Part shown: positions 19,222 to 29,192 of the stretch, one piece after another
How positions within the stretch are numbered: position 1 is the first letter of the stretch
Layout of the letters: each line of letters starts with the position of its first letter
From: Alphaproteobacteria bacterium
Lineage (GTDB): Bacteria > Pseudomonadota > Alphaproteobacteria > Rs-D84
Assembly (NCBI GenBank): GCA_017960855.1
Contig: JAGCYJ010000004.1
Span: 1 to 56,014, forward strand
Direction of reading: 5' to 3'
DNA: 56,014 nt
The notes under the pieces: generated by a model
What the model saw: the letters and a program-made list of their open reading frames with translations, nothing else
The model's database searches: none
What the model was told of the DNA's origin: nothing
Made by a program: the position numbers and the translations under genes

Positions 19222-20250
19222 ATGAAAACAAGTATTATCGCAATCGTGTCATTTATCACCATGGTTTCCGCAGCAAGTGCGCGACCAATTGAATACAGAA
19301 ATGGCGGTTTTTCCGCGCGCGTATCTGGTTATGGAAATATCGGGTTGATTGAACCTGAATTTGAGGTGCCAAACGCAAGATTGATTGGTGATTGGTCTGC
19401 ACGTGCACAAATGACATACGATTTAAATGAAATTCATCGTTTAGGGTTGGTGTATTCTTTGAATCAGAAAACAATAGATGATGGCGATGAAATAGACGAC
19501 TTGTTTGCATTATGGCAGGTCAGAAATTATGGCCGTATAGAGGTTGGTTTAACCGATTCTGTGGCGGAAAAATTAGGGCTGGGATTGCCAGATGTTGGTG
19601 GTTTGCGTGTAAACGACGATCCTTTGTTTTATAAAAAGATTGAACCAAACGGCATGGTCGTTTCTGATACAACATTGGACACTGGTGACGGTGCGTTGCG
19701 TATAAATGCAGTATCAACCGCACAAAATGGTGTGCAATACGGTTTGTCGGTTGCAGGTATAACAGACAAATATGATTTTACCATTGATGGTGGAATCAAA
19801 ATTCGTCGTCCGTCGGGTAAAACAAAAACAGCATATTCTTTTGGTGCGTCTTTTATGAGCAAGCCCGATGATTTTCGTCAATCGCCATATACGCGTCATG
19901 TGACGGCTGATTGGCGTGCGCAAGCATCAGCGGCGGTGAACGTTCAATATAACAGTTGGATTTTTGCCCTTACTGGCCGCGTGATTTATGACAAGGACCC
20001 AATTGGCGAAGTGTCAGATGGTTTTATTGTTGGTACCGGTGTCAGTTATGATTTCTTGAAATACAGTGTATCATTAAGTTATTCGTTATCTGATACGGGT
20101 GTGTGGCAACATGATGTTGATGATTTCTTGAATCATATCGTTATGTCTTCGTTCAGATATAAATACAGTGAAAATGTTGATGGTTGGATGTCCATTGGTA
20201 TGACAACCGAAACGCCGTTCTTGTCTGCGGGAATGCGTGTGACATTTTAA
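19222..20250 (+). CDS. Putative outer-membrane beta-barrel (porin-like) protein
   Basis: Signal peptide MKTSIIAIVSFITMVSAASA, alternating amphipathic beta-strand pattern, C-terminal ...GMRVTF with a terminal Phe. It starts 5 nt after the rpoH stop. Confidence 0.5.
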   Translation: MKTSIIAIVSFITMVSAASARPIEYRNGGFSARVSGYGNIGLIEPEFEVPNARLIGDWSARAQMTYDLNEIHRLGLVYSLNQKTIDDGDEIDDLFALWQVRNYGRIEVGLTDSVAEKLGLGLPDVGGLRVNDDPLFYKKIEPNGMVVSDTTLDTGDGALRINAVSTAQNGVQYGLSVAGITDKYDFTIDGGIKIRRPSGKTKTAYSFGASFMSKPDDFRQSPYTRHVTADWRAQASAAVNVQYNSWIFALTGRVIYDKDPIGEVSDGFIVGTGVSYDFLKYSVSLSYSLSDTGVWQHDVDDFLNHIVMSSFRYKYSENVDGWMSIGMTTETPFLSAGMRVTF

Positions 20251-20257
20251 TTAAAGA

Positions 20258-20291
20258 ATAAAAAAACACCGGCAATCGCCGGTGTTTTTTA
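20258..20291. terminator. Bidirectional terminator, ACACCGGC hairpin family
   Basis: aaaaaaacaccggc-aatc-gccggtgtttttt between convergent genes. Confidence 0.7.
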
Positions 20292-20302
20292 TGTCTATAT
20301 TG

Positions 20303-21289
20303 TTATTGTAATTCTGCGATTAAACCATTCAATCGATCGATGGTATCCGCATCGTTCAATGCGGTCGCAATTGTACGCGCAGATTCCAAATCATTCAAAG
20401 CGGCACTTTCGTTGCCCAGTTGCAAATTCAGTGCAGCGGACTTTTCAAAATACGACATCGCATTTGAAGACATCGATTCGCGTTCGCCGGCGGTTGGTGC
20501 GCCCTGAATCTGTTCAGAGATAACACGAACAGCCGCAGAATAATCATTGATTGCCGCGGTGTAGTCGCCGATTGCAGTATATGCTTCGGCGCGTTCAGCA
20601 TAAACTGTTGGATTGACGATGCCATCTGGACGTGCCAAGGAATTGGTATAGTCAGCAATCGCACCTTCCCAATTCTTTAACCATAAATTCAACTGACCAC
20701 GTTTTGCATACAAATCGCGCATCTGTAAAATATCTTCGTCTGTGGTTGCACGTGCAGCCAAAGCGTTGTTGATATCGGCCAATGCCGCTTCGTAATTTTC
20801 AAGACGTGTGTTCAACAATGCACGATCGTAATAAGCAACAGAACTTGTTGGGTTCATATCCAACGCTGCGTTGAAATCAACCAATGCACCAGCATAGTTT
20901 GCGGTCTGCATATATGCTTCACCACGCAAGACATACATATCAACCGTTGGATTGCCGGCATCAATTGCTGTTGTTAAATCGGCAATAGCATCTTCGACAT
21001 CACCAGACAATAATTTTGTTTTACCTGATTCGTAATAGTCAGATGCTTGCAATAATGCTTCTTCTGAAACAGATGCGGTATTATTTAATGGAACACGATG
21101 ATTTAAAATACCGTGGCTACGACCCAAAATATAAAAAGTTGCAGCAATAAAGAACAAAATTATGAACCAATAGACATAGATAGAAAACGACCATGGATTG
21201 TAGGATTGTTTTGTTTCTGTCTTTACCACAGGCGCGGTTTTCGTGGCCTTGGTGGTCTTTGTTGTCCGTATTGTGGTGGTTTTTTTCAT
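20303..21289 (-). CDS. Membrane-anchored TPR-repeat protein
   Basis: K/T-rich N-terminus, TM (FSIYVYWFIILFFIAATFYIL), then about six TPR-like repeats (RGEAYMQTANYAGALVDFNAALDMNP... and others). Confidence 0.6.
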   Translation of the reverse strand: MKKTTTIRTTKTTKATKTAPVVKTETKQSYNPWSFSIYVYWFIILFFIAATFYILGRSHGILNHRVPLNNTASVSEEALLQASDYYESGKTKLLSGDVEDAIADLTTAIDAGNPTVDMYVLRGEAYMQTANYAGALVDFNAALDMNPTSSVAYYDRALLNTRLENYEAALADINNALAARATTDEDILQMRDLYAKRGQLNLWLKNWEGAIADYTNSLARPDGIVNPTVYAERAEAYTAIGDYTAAINDYSAAVRVISEQIQGAPTAGERESMSSNAMSYFEKSAALNLQLGNESAALNDLESARTIATALNDADTIDRLNGLIAELQ

Positions 21290-21317
21290 GTAAATCTCCC
21301 TTCCTATTACTTCAATA

Positions 21318-22013
21318 TTAGAAAGATTTTAAAATTAGGTCAATTGTTTTCTGATTTATTTCACGAATTTTTGTTGGTGGCAGGTTTCCTAATTCAATTT
21401 TTCCAAAAGATATGCGGTGTAATTTTTTTACAGGTGCGCCAATCGCGCCTAAAACAATGCGAACTTCGTTCTTTTTTCCTTCTGTGATTTCAACGCGTAA
21501 AGTTTTGTTGTCAATAACATCAATTTTCATTGGTGCATATCTAATTCCCTTTACCGTTATACCACGACGTGCCGAATCGAGTTTTGATAAATCACCGTAT
21601 ACGGTTGCAATATATGTGCGCGGAATGTGTGATGACGGCAGTGTCATTTTGCGCGCCAATTCGCCATCATTTGTCATCAATAATAATCCCGTCGTTTTGT
21701 AATCAAGACGCCCAATGTATTTAAGATTTTTATATTGTTGTGGTAAATAATCGTAAATAGTTTTACGACCCATTGGGTCGGTACGCGTTGTCATTGTGTT
21801 CGCCGGTTTATGAAACGCATAAACTTTGATTTCTTTTTTAGCAGATATTTTTTTCCCGTCTACAATAACGATGTCGCCATCATTAACAAAAAACACAGGC
21901 GTATCTATTTTTTCGCCATTAACAGAAACTAAACCGCGCGCAATTAAACTTTCGGCAACGCGTCGCGAAGCGATTCCAGAATCTGCGATAAACTTTGCGA
22001 TACGTGTTTTCAT
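21318..22013 (-). CDS. rRNA pseudouridine synthase, RsuA/RluB family (S4 domain plus catalytic domain)
   Basis: MKTRIAKFIADSGIASRRVAESLIARGLVSVNG (S4)...YAFHKPANTMTT...GRLDYKTTGLLLMTNDGELA. Confidence 0.8.
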   Translation of the reverse strand: MKTRIAKFIADSGIASRRVAESLIARGLVSVNGEKIDTPVFFVNDGDIVIVDGKKISAKKEIKVYAFHKPANTMTTRTDPMGRKTIYDYLPQQYKNLKYIGRLDYKTTGLLLMTNDGELARKMTLPSSHIPRTYIATVYGDLSKLDSARRGITVKGIRYAPMKIDVIDNKTLRVEITEGKKNEVRIVLGAIGAPVKKLHRISFGKIELGNLPPTKIREINQKTIDLILKSF

Positions 22014-22663
22014 TCTTGTATGCGTGATATTGCAATTGCGGCCGCCAATTCAGCGCGCAAAATTGTTTTTCCCAGTGATATTCCAACCGCACCCGCATTA
22101 TCCAAAGCAGCAAATTCGGAATCGGAAAAGCCACCTTCGGGTCCAATCAGAACCGATTTTATTTTTGTTGTTATTTGGCGTGTTGCGCCGTATGCCGCAC
22201 GTTCATCTGCAAATGCGATTTTTGATAAATCTATTTCAGAAAAACGTAGTGGTGTGGCAATTTCAGGAACACTGTTGCGATTTGATTGCTCGGCTGCCTC
22301 GGTCGCGATTTTTTTCATGCGTTCCCAATTTATGTGTTGGGCAACAGTGTGTTCTGTTATAACTGGAACAATTTTTTTAACCCCCATTTGTGTCGCCAAA
22401 TTTATTAAGTCATCGGTGCGCTTAATCGGTGCAAAATACAGAGTTATATCGCTGGTTGGGTCTGGGTGTTTTGTATCCTTGCCAACAATGATATTTTTAC
22501 CAGCATCGTCCAGTGTTGCGCTATATTCATGACCACCACCAAATACGATTGCATCTTTGCGTCGCATAACATGTGTCAAATAGTGTGCGATTTCACGTGG
22601 TGCCGGTATTATCATACCGGACTTTATTTCGTCACCGATAAAGATTCTGGGTATATTTTTCAT
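22010..22663 (-). CDS. rsmE: 16S rRNA (uracil1498-N3)-methyltransferase RsmE
   Basis: MKNIPRIFIGDEI...HYLTHVMRRKDAIVFGGG...VLIGPEGGFSDSEF...ISLGKTILRAELAA. The longer start at 22714 would leave only 6 bp to the divergent gene. Confidence 0.8.
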   Translation of the reverse strand: MKNIPRIFIGDEIKSGMIIPAPREIAHYLTHVMRRKDAIVFGGGHEYSATLDDAGKNIIVGKDTKHPDPTSDITLYFAPIKRTDDLINLATQMGVKKIVPVITEHTVAQHINWERMKKIATEAAEQSNRNSVPEIATPLRFSEIDLSKIAFADERAAYGATRQITTKIKSVLIGPEGGFSDSEFAALDNAGAVGISLGKTILRAELAAAIAISRIQE

Positions 22664-22720
22664 AATTTCTTTGCGATTGTGATTTATTAAATGCTTTTTT
22701 TCTGATATAATCATAACACA

Positions 22721-24997
22721 ATGGCTGAACAGTTCAAGATTTTATCCGCGGGGGGCAAAGGTAAGGGGCTGAATATTTTTAATTCGGCATCTTACAAGGA
22801 ACACGAACGCATACCTATGGCGCGCATATTTTGGGAGTTGCGCTGGGTCATTGGTATATGGTTGATTTGTGCGGTGGCATTTGGTTTCTCGTTTATATTG
22901 GAACATGTTTGGCGTTATGGCTGGAATATTGCAAGTGGTGTTTGGACGCGGATATATCTGTATAACGCTTTTGCAACACTTGGAATGTCTGTGGTTGCGG
23001 AAATACCAGGATGGTTGTGGCGGTGCTTGCTTTATACCGATATGGCGTGTATGGCGCCACTATTTCCGATAATCGCATATTACTTTATGGCGGACAGCGA
23101 ATTGGTCAAAGAATTTAATCCAAACGGTAAAGACAAACTGGATGAAAAATCTTCGCGCAAGGCAACCGCCGAAGATATTAAAAAAATGGGACAAAACTTT
23201 AAAAACAAAGAAGGTTTGTTCAATGGTTTTATGATGGTTCTGGGGTATTTCAAGGACAAAGGGAAAAACCGACCATTGATGTTTGATGAATCTTTGTCTG
23301 CGTTGTGTTTGGCGCCTCCGGGAACCGGTAAAACCGCCGGTGTTGTTGTTCCAACAATTCTGGAATGCAATAACGTTTCAATGATTATAAATGACCCGAA
23401 ACCCGAATTAAAACAGAAAACGTCTGCGTATCGTGCGAAAATAGGGCCAGTGTTTATTATGAACTGGGCGGGTCAGGATGATCCAGCGCGCGGTATTTAT
23501 TATCCGTCTTGGAACCCATTGTCACCGGAACACGTACCATTTAATTCGGAACAACGCGATTTGTACATTGATACGATTTGTAATGTGTTGGTGCCGGATG
23601 CAACGGGATCTTCGGCTGATCCGCACTGGACAATAACTGGTCGTGCCGCATTGTCGGGTATGGTTCATTTTATTGTGTCCAAGGTTGAACGTGCCAAGGC
23701 CAATGATTATTTCTATTCTCGTCTTAAAAGCGGAACATTTAACGCAGATGATGCAGCGGTATTAAGTGATTATTACCTGTCTATGATGGACGATCCAAAT
23801 GCTTATGCAGCATTGGCGATTTTGAAACGTAATGAATTGACGGTTGATAATTATGTTCATGTTGGAACGTGGGAAAATATCCCACCTGCTTGGGTCGGAC
23901 GCGAAGCATCGCTTTCTATGATTCTAGATTGGTTGAATGCGGCGCAAATTTCCATTGCAAATGAATTAGAAGAACGTCGTCGTGCCGGTGATCAAATGGT
24001 CATGATGGAAGATAATTTGCAAAAACTGTTTTTGAATGCAGTTGATGAAGCGCGCAGATATTCGTATTCTCATCGTGCTGTTTTGGAATTGACCCAGTTG
24101 GCAAATACACCGGACAAGGAACGCGGATCCATCATATCAACCGCATTGTCTGGGTTGTCCATATTCCGTAATTCTGCGGTGCGTAATAGAACCAGCCATT
24201 CTGATTTTCACTTTTCAGATTTGCGTGGTATGGTTGACCCACGTGATGGACAGATTAAACCTGTTTCTGTATATTTGTCGGTAAATATGGTTGATGCCCA
24301 GGCGTTAAATCCGATTACCGGTATATTCATTGAATTGATGTCTAATTTCTTGCTGGCTAATGCACCAGATTCCGAACATGATGGTAAAAAGATGGGACCG
24401 TATCCGGTACTTTTTGTGTTGGACGAAATGCCAAAAATGCAAAAGTTGCAGGCGGTTATCCAAGGGCCCGATTTGGGACGTGGGCAAAAGATTTCTTACC
24501 TGATTATCGGTCAGGATATTCACCAAATTCGTGAAAAGTATGGTGCCGATGCGGCCGATACAATTATATCAACCACCGCGGCAAAAATCGTGTTGCGTCA
24601 AAATGACCCTGAAACAGCACGACGTTTCTCGGATATGATGGGTAAAAAGATTGAAATGAAAAAGGTCAAGGGACCCGACGGTAAAGAGACGGAAGAAAAG
24701 AAGGAATCATTGTTGTATTCTGAAATGGACATTATGAAACTGGAAGACAGTAAGCAGTTAGTTATTTACCAGGGATTCTATAATCGTCCAATAGAAGCAT
24801 CACAAGAAAGATATTTCTTGAATAAGACACCGATACAGCAAGAATTGTATGCCAAGGTTTCTATGGGTGAATCGTCGCCGTTGCCAGAGTTCTTGATACC
24901 ATCGCATCATGCGATAATGGGTTATTCGGGTAACCCGCGTATGTATAACCCAGCCACAGGTGAATTGGTAGAGTTTGTAAGCAATAACAAGCAATAA
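22721..24997 (+). CDS. Type IV secretion coupling protein (VirD4/TraG/DotL-like T4CP)
   Basis: N-terminal TM helices, Walker A LAPPGTGKTAGVVVPT, a long all-alpha insertion, Walker B-like VLFVLDEMPKMQKL, then IIGQDIHQIREKYG and KIVLRQNDPETA, typical of TraG/VirD4 NTPases. The start could be later (M at 22817). Confidence 0.7.
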   Translation: MAEQFKILSAGGKGKGLNIFNSASYKEHERIPMARIFWELRWVIGIWLICAVAFGFSFILEHVWRYGWNIASGVWTRIYLYNAFATLGMSVVAEIPGWLWRCLLYTDMACMAPLFPIIAYYFMADSELVKEFNPNGKDKLDEKSSRKATAEDIKKMGQNFKNKEGLFNGFMMVLGYFKDKGKNRPLMFDESLSALCLAPPGTGKTAGVVVPTILECNNVSMIINDPKPELKQKTSAYRAKIGPVFIMNWAGQDDPARGIYYPSWNPLSPEHVPFNSEQRDLYIDTICNVLVPDATGSSADPHWTITGRAALSGMVHFIVSKVERAKANDYFYSRLKSGTFNADDAAVLSDYYLSMMDDPNAYAALAILKRNELTVDNYVHVGTWENIPPAWVGREASLSMILDWLNAAQISIANELEERRRAGDQMVMMEDNLQKLFLNAVDEARRYSYSHRAVLELTQLANTPDKERGSIISTALSGLSIFRNSAVRNRTSHSDFHFSDLRGMVDPRDGQIKPVSVYLSVNMVDAQALNPITGIFIELMSNFLLANAPDSEHDGKKMGPYPVLFVLDEMPKMQKLQAVIQGPDLGRGQKISYLIIGQDIHQIREKYGADAADTIISTTAAKIVLRQNDPETARRFSDMMGKKIEMKKVKGPDGKETEEKKESLLYSEMDIMKLEDSKQLVIYQGFYNRPIEASQERYFLNKTPIQQELYAKVSMGESSPLPEFLIPSHHAIMGYSGNPRMYNPATGELVEFVSNNKQ

Positions 24998-25028
24998 AAA
25001 AACACCGGCATTAGCCGGCGTTTTTTTG
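24995..25028. terminator. Bidirectional terminator, ACACCGGC hairpin family (one stem mismatch)
   Basis: aaaaaaacaccggc-atta-gccggcgttttttt between the convergent T4CP gene and infB. Confidence 0.65.
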
Positions 25029-25033
25029 TTTTC

Positions 25034-27412
25034 TTATAACTGTGTCTTTACTTCTTGGACTTCATAGCATTCAACACGGTCGCCTTCTTTCAGGTCATTA
25101 TACTTTTCAAAACTCATACCGAATTCAACGCCACCAGATACTTCTTTTACTTCGTTCTTTTCGCGGCGCAGTTGTCCAATTTTGCCATCGTAAATAACGA
25201 CATTGTTGCGCAACAAGCGAACAAAGGCATCTTTCTTGATAACACCTTCGCTGACACGACAACCGGCAACGCGGATACCCTTGCCAACGGTAAACAACGC
25301 GATAACATCGGCATAGCCAATGAAGTTTTCCTTCTTTTCTGGTGCCAATTTACCAGACAAGATTTCTTTGATTTCATCGGTAATACGATACACAACACTG
25401 TGATAGCGAATATCAACACCTGCGCTGCGTGCCATATCGCGAACCGCCGCATCCGCACGAACATTAAAGGCGATTATGACAGCGTTTGAAGCCGCCGCCA
25501 ATCTGATGTCGCCTTCGGTAATTTGGCCAACTCCAGCCGATAATACTTCCACAGCGGCCTTATCTGAATTGATGTCTTTTAACATATCGTTGATGGCTTC
25601 GACACTGCCTTGGACGTCGGCACGCAAGATAATTGGCAAAGTCAATTTCTTGGTCGCATCGCGTTTCGCAAACAATTCTTCCAGTGAAGAACGTTTAACG
25701 GCATTTGCTTTATCTTTTGCCTGTTGCACACGATATGCCGCAACTTCACGTGTTTGTGCCTCGGTCTCCATAACATGTAATTCGTCACCCGCCAATGGCA
25801 CAGAATCAAGCCCCAAGACGATTGCTGGTTGACCCGGGCCCATAGATTTGACACGTTCACCAACTGAATTTATAAGTCCACGAACGCGACCAAATGTTTC
25901 GCCAACAACAAACACATCACCAATTTTCAATGTACCTTGGCGAACCAGAACGGTTGCGACCGCACCCAGTCCGCGTTCCATTTTCGCTTCTACTACGTGG
26001 GCGACGGCCGGCATTTCTGGGTCTGCTTTCAGATCCATAATGCTTGCTTGCAACAAAATGGCTTCTTCTAATTTATCCAAACCAATTTTGTTCTTGGCAG
26101 AGATTTCAACACATTGAACATCGCCACCCATTTCTTCGACTTGGACTTCTTGTTGCAACAAATCTGTTTTTACGCGCTGTGGGTTTGCTTCGGGTAAATC
26201 AATTTTGTTAATCGCAACAATAAATGGCACCTGGGCGGCACGAATATGGTTAATCGCTTCAATGGTCTGCGGCATTATGGAATCGTTCGCAGCAACGACC
26301 AATACAACGATATCGGCCATCTGGGCACCACGTGCACGCATTGCGGTAAATGTTTCGTGTCCCGGTGTGTCCAAGAAGGTTATCATTGGACCGGACTTTG
26401 TTTTAACTTCGTATGCAGAAACATGCTGGGTAATACCACCGGCTTCGCCCGCCGCAACATTTGCATTGCGGAAAGCGTCCAACAGTGAAGTTTTACCATG
26501 ATCAACGTGTCCCACAACGGTCACAACCGGTGGACGTGGTTGTAATTTCGCTGGATCAGGTAACCGTTCCAACTGTTCGGCATATGGCTTTACAACAACA
26601 CGCTTTACAGTTGCACCAAATTCGGTCGCAATCAGTTCGGCAGTATCGGCATCAATAGATTGATTAACCGACGCCATCATACCCATTTCCATCAATTTCT
26701 TGATAACATTGCCGACTTTTTCAGCCATGGCCGCCGCCAAATCTTTGACGGTAATTGTTTCGCCAATGGTCACTTCGTGGGCAACCTTTTGCGGGGCGGT
26801 AAATATTGCGCGTGCTTTTTCGCGGAAACGTTTTAACGATGCTTCGGATCTGCGGCGGTTTGCACCACGAATACCGATTTCTTCGTCATCGTCTTCGCCA
26901 CCAATAACAATGTCATGGATGGAAATCTTGCCAGATTTTTTGAAATCTTTTTTAAAGTTGTTCTTTTGTGGGCGGTCGTCATCCATTTCGCCACGATTTT
27001 GATTACCGCGAGAACGCCCGGAATTATTGTTTTGTGATTTTCTGGAATTATTGGATGGTTTTTCTTCTATATCAGATGCATCGGTAATATTTTCACGTGT
27101 AGCCAACTTGGACTTTACTTGTTCATATTCATCTGCTTCGCGTGCGATTTCCGCTTCGCGTGCAGCGCGTGCGGCTTCTTCGGCGGCTTCGCGTGCTTTG
27201 CGTTCCTCTTCGCGTGCACGTGCAGCTTCCAAAACTGCGCGAAGTTTTTCGTCCGCTGCACTATGTGGCTGCGTCGGCTTAACCGGCTCTTCGCGTAATT
27301 CCTTGCTGCCGGGGGCAACAATACGACGACGGCGTTCAACAAAAACGGAATCGCCCTTTTTGCTTTGCACCGCATCAATCGTCACAGATTTTCCAAGTGT
27401 TAATGTCGCCAT
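25034..27412 (-). CDS. infB: Translation initiation factor IF-2
   Basis: Charged E/A/R-rich N-terminal region, then G domain [19 protein letters not shown]...DTPGHETFT...NKIDL and C-terminal domains. Confidence 0.95.
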   Translation of the reverse strand: MATLTLGKSVTIDAVQSKKGDSVFVERRRRIVAPGSKELREEPVKPTQPHSAADEKLRAVLEAARAREEERKAREAAEEAARAAREAEIAREADEYEQVKSKLATRENITDASDIEEKPSNNSRKSQNNNSGRSRGNQNRGEMDDDRPQKNNFKKDFKKSGKISIHDIVIGGEDDDEEIGIRGANRRRSEASLKRFREKARAIFTAPQKVAHEVTIGETITVKDLAAAMAEKVGNVIKKLMEMGMMASVNQSIDADTAELIATEFGATVKRVVVKPYAEQLERLPDPAKLQPRPPVVTVVGHVDHGKTSLLDAFRNANVAAGEAGGITQHVSAYEVKTKSGPMITFLDTPGHETFTAMRARGAQMADIVVLVVAANDSIMPQTIEAINHIRAAQVPFIVAINKIDLPEANPQRVKTDLLQQEVQVEEMGGDVQCVEISAKNKIGLDKLEEAILLQASIMDLKADPEMPAVAHVVEAKMERGLGAVATVLVRQGTLKIGDVFVVGETFGRVRGLINSVGERVKSMGPGQPAIVLGLDSVPLAGDELHVMETEAQTREVAAYRVQQAKDKANAVKRSSLEELFAKRDATKKLTLPIILRADVQGSVEAINDMLKDINSDKAAVEVLSAGVGQITEGDIRLAAASNAVIIAFNVRADAAVRDMARSAGVDIRYHSVVYRITDEIKEILSGKLAPEKKENFIGYADVIALFTVGKGIRVAGCRVSEGVIKKDAFVRLLRNNVVIYDGKIGQLRREKNEVKEVSGGVEFGMSFEKYNDLKEGDRVECYEVQEVKTQL

Positions 27413-27467
27413 TCAATACTCCGTATGTTTTGGTTAGGGGTGCGAAAAACGCACCCTGATTTAACCC

Positions 27468-29003
27468 TTATTCTTCTGTTGTTATGCCGTACGCTAATTC
27501 ACGCGCCTTCATAATAACACGACCGGCCAAGCGTTCACTCATTGTGTCTTCGCCGATAATTTCAACCAATTCATCAGATGACAAGTCGGCCAAATCGTCC
27601 AGTGATTTAATACCGTTTTCACCCAATTTCATGATGATTGGACGTTTAATGAAATCAAAGTTTAACAAGTCATCAGACATACCCATTTTATGTCCGTTTT
27701 CAATGTAATCTTGTTCAACCTTGGTCAGATAATCCTTGGCGCGTTTTTGCAATTCAGCCGCCAATTCAGATGTGAATCCTTCGATTGATTCCAATTCCTT
27801 GATTTCAACAAAGGCAACTTCTTCAACAGTACGGAAACCTTCGGTAATCAACAAGTGGGCAATCATTTCATCAACATCTAACGCCTTGATAAACAATTCT
27901 GTCTTTTCTTTGAATTCCTTGGCACGACGTTCTTGTTCTTCGGCTTCGTTCATAACGTCAATGTTCCAGCCCGTAAGTTGTGATGCCAAGCGGACATTTT
28001 GACCACGACGACCGATTGCCAAAGATTGTTGATCTTCGTTCACAACAACGGCGGCTGTGCGTGTATCTTCGTCAACGATAATCTTGGCGACCTTGGCAGG
28101 TTGCATTGCATTGACGATAAACACAGCAGGATCTTCGGAATACAAAATAACGTCAATCTTTTCACCGTGGCATTCGTTGATAACCGGCTGAATACGTGTA
28201 CCCTTGATACCAACGGTCATACCAACCGCATCAATTGACGGATCGTCTGTTTCAACCGCGATTTTTGCGTGTGAACCCGGCGCACGTGCCACAGATTTAA
28301 TTTTAATTAACCCTTCATAGATTTCAGGCACTTCTTGAACAAACAATTTTTCCATGAACAATGGGTGTGTGCGGGTTAAAAAGATTTGTGGACCCGAATT
28401 AGAACGTGTGACGTCCATAATCAATGCACGCACGCGGTCGCCAACGCCCAAACGTTCGCCTGGGATAAGTTCTGTGCCCTTGATATAACCTTCGGCTTTG
28501 CCATTGATATCAACAAACACATTACCAAATTCAATGTGTTTAACAACGCCAGAAACGATATCACCAATATTGTCTTTGAATTCTTCGTATTGACGACCTT
28601 TTTCTGCATCACGCACACGTGCGGTCATAATTTGTTTTGCTGTCTGGAAAGCCATACGACCAAATTCAGGTTCTGGTAATGGATCTTCGACCACGTCGCC
28701 AACAGACGGGTTTTTAGCATATTTTTTCGCCGCTGCCACTGTCAACATGGTGTTTGCATCATATTCTTCGCCGACGCTTTCCGGTGATTCAATAACAGTA
28801 AACAAACGTTTTACATGAATAGCCCCGTTTTTGCGGTCAATATTTGCAACAATATTAAACTCTTCACCATATTTGTGTTTGGCGATTTTTGCGATGGCCG
28901 CTTCCAGCGATTCAATAACAATTTCCCGTTCGATTTGCTTTTCCTGGGCCAGCGAGTCAATGGCCAATAACAAATCTTGACGTGGCATAGATTCAAAAGA
29001 CAT
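27468..29003 (-). CDS. nusA: Transcription termination/antitermination factor NusA
   Basis: LLAIDSLAQEKQIEREIVIESLEAAIAK..., S1 domain (GDIVSGVVKHIEFGNVFVDI), KH domains (AIGRRGQNVRLASQLTGWNIDV), C-terminal HhH repeats. Confidence 0.95.
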   Translation of the reverse strand: MSFESMPRQDLLLAIDSLAQEKQIEREIVIESLEAAIAKIAKHKYGEEFNIVANIDRKNGAIHVKRLFTVIESPESVGEEYDANTMLTVAAAKKYAKNPSVGDVVEDPLPEPEFGRMAFQTAKQIMTARVRDAEKGRQYEEFKDNIGDIVSGVVKHIEFGNVFVDINGKAEGYIKGTELIPGERLGVGDRVRALIMDVTRSNSGPQIFLTRTHPLFMEKLFVQEVPEIYEGLIKIKSVARAPGSHAKIAVETDDPSIDAVGMTVGIKGTRIQPVINECHGEKIDVILYSEDPAVFIVNAMQPAKVAKIIVDEDTRTAAVVVNEDQQSLAIGRRGQNVRLASQLTGWNIDVMNEAEEQERRAKEFKEKTELFIKALDVDEMIAHLLITEGFRTVEEVAFVEIKELESIEGFTSELAAELQKRAKDYLTKVEQDYIENGHKMGMSDDLLNFDFIKRPIIMKLGENGIKSLDDLADLSSDELVEIIGEDTMSERLAGRVIMKARELAYGITTEE

Positions 29004-29156
29004 ATCATTCTCCTTGGTGTTTATCGTCTTTCTTTACTGAAAGAGCGGGGTTTTGCAACCCCGCCCTTAAAAAAACTTCTAAGAACAAGCGTATTATTAA
29101 CGCCGAATCGTGAAAATGCAAGCGAAAAATATATATCGCAAATTACTATCACATAA

Positions 29157-29185
29157 TTGACAGTTGGGCCAATGCGTTTTATACT
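29157..29185 (+). promoter_or_regulatory. Strong sigma70-like promoter abutting the lptF/G ATG (TTGACA-17 nt-TATACT)
   Basis: Perfect -35 TTGACA at 29157-29162, a 17 nt spacer, and TATACT at 29180-29185. The ATG at 29193 is 7 nt after the -10 and has no SD. Confidence 0.45.
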
Positions 29186-29192
29186 GCGTATT

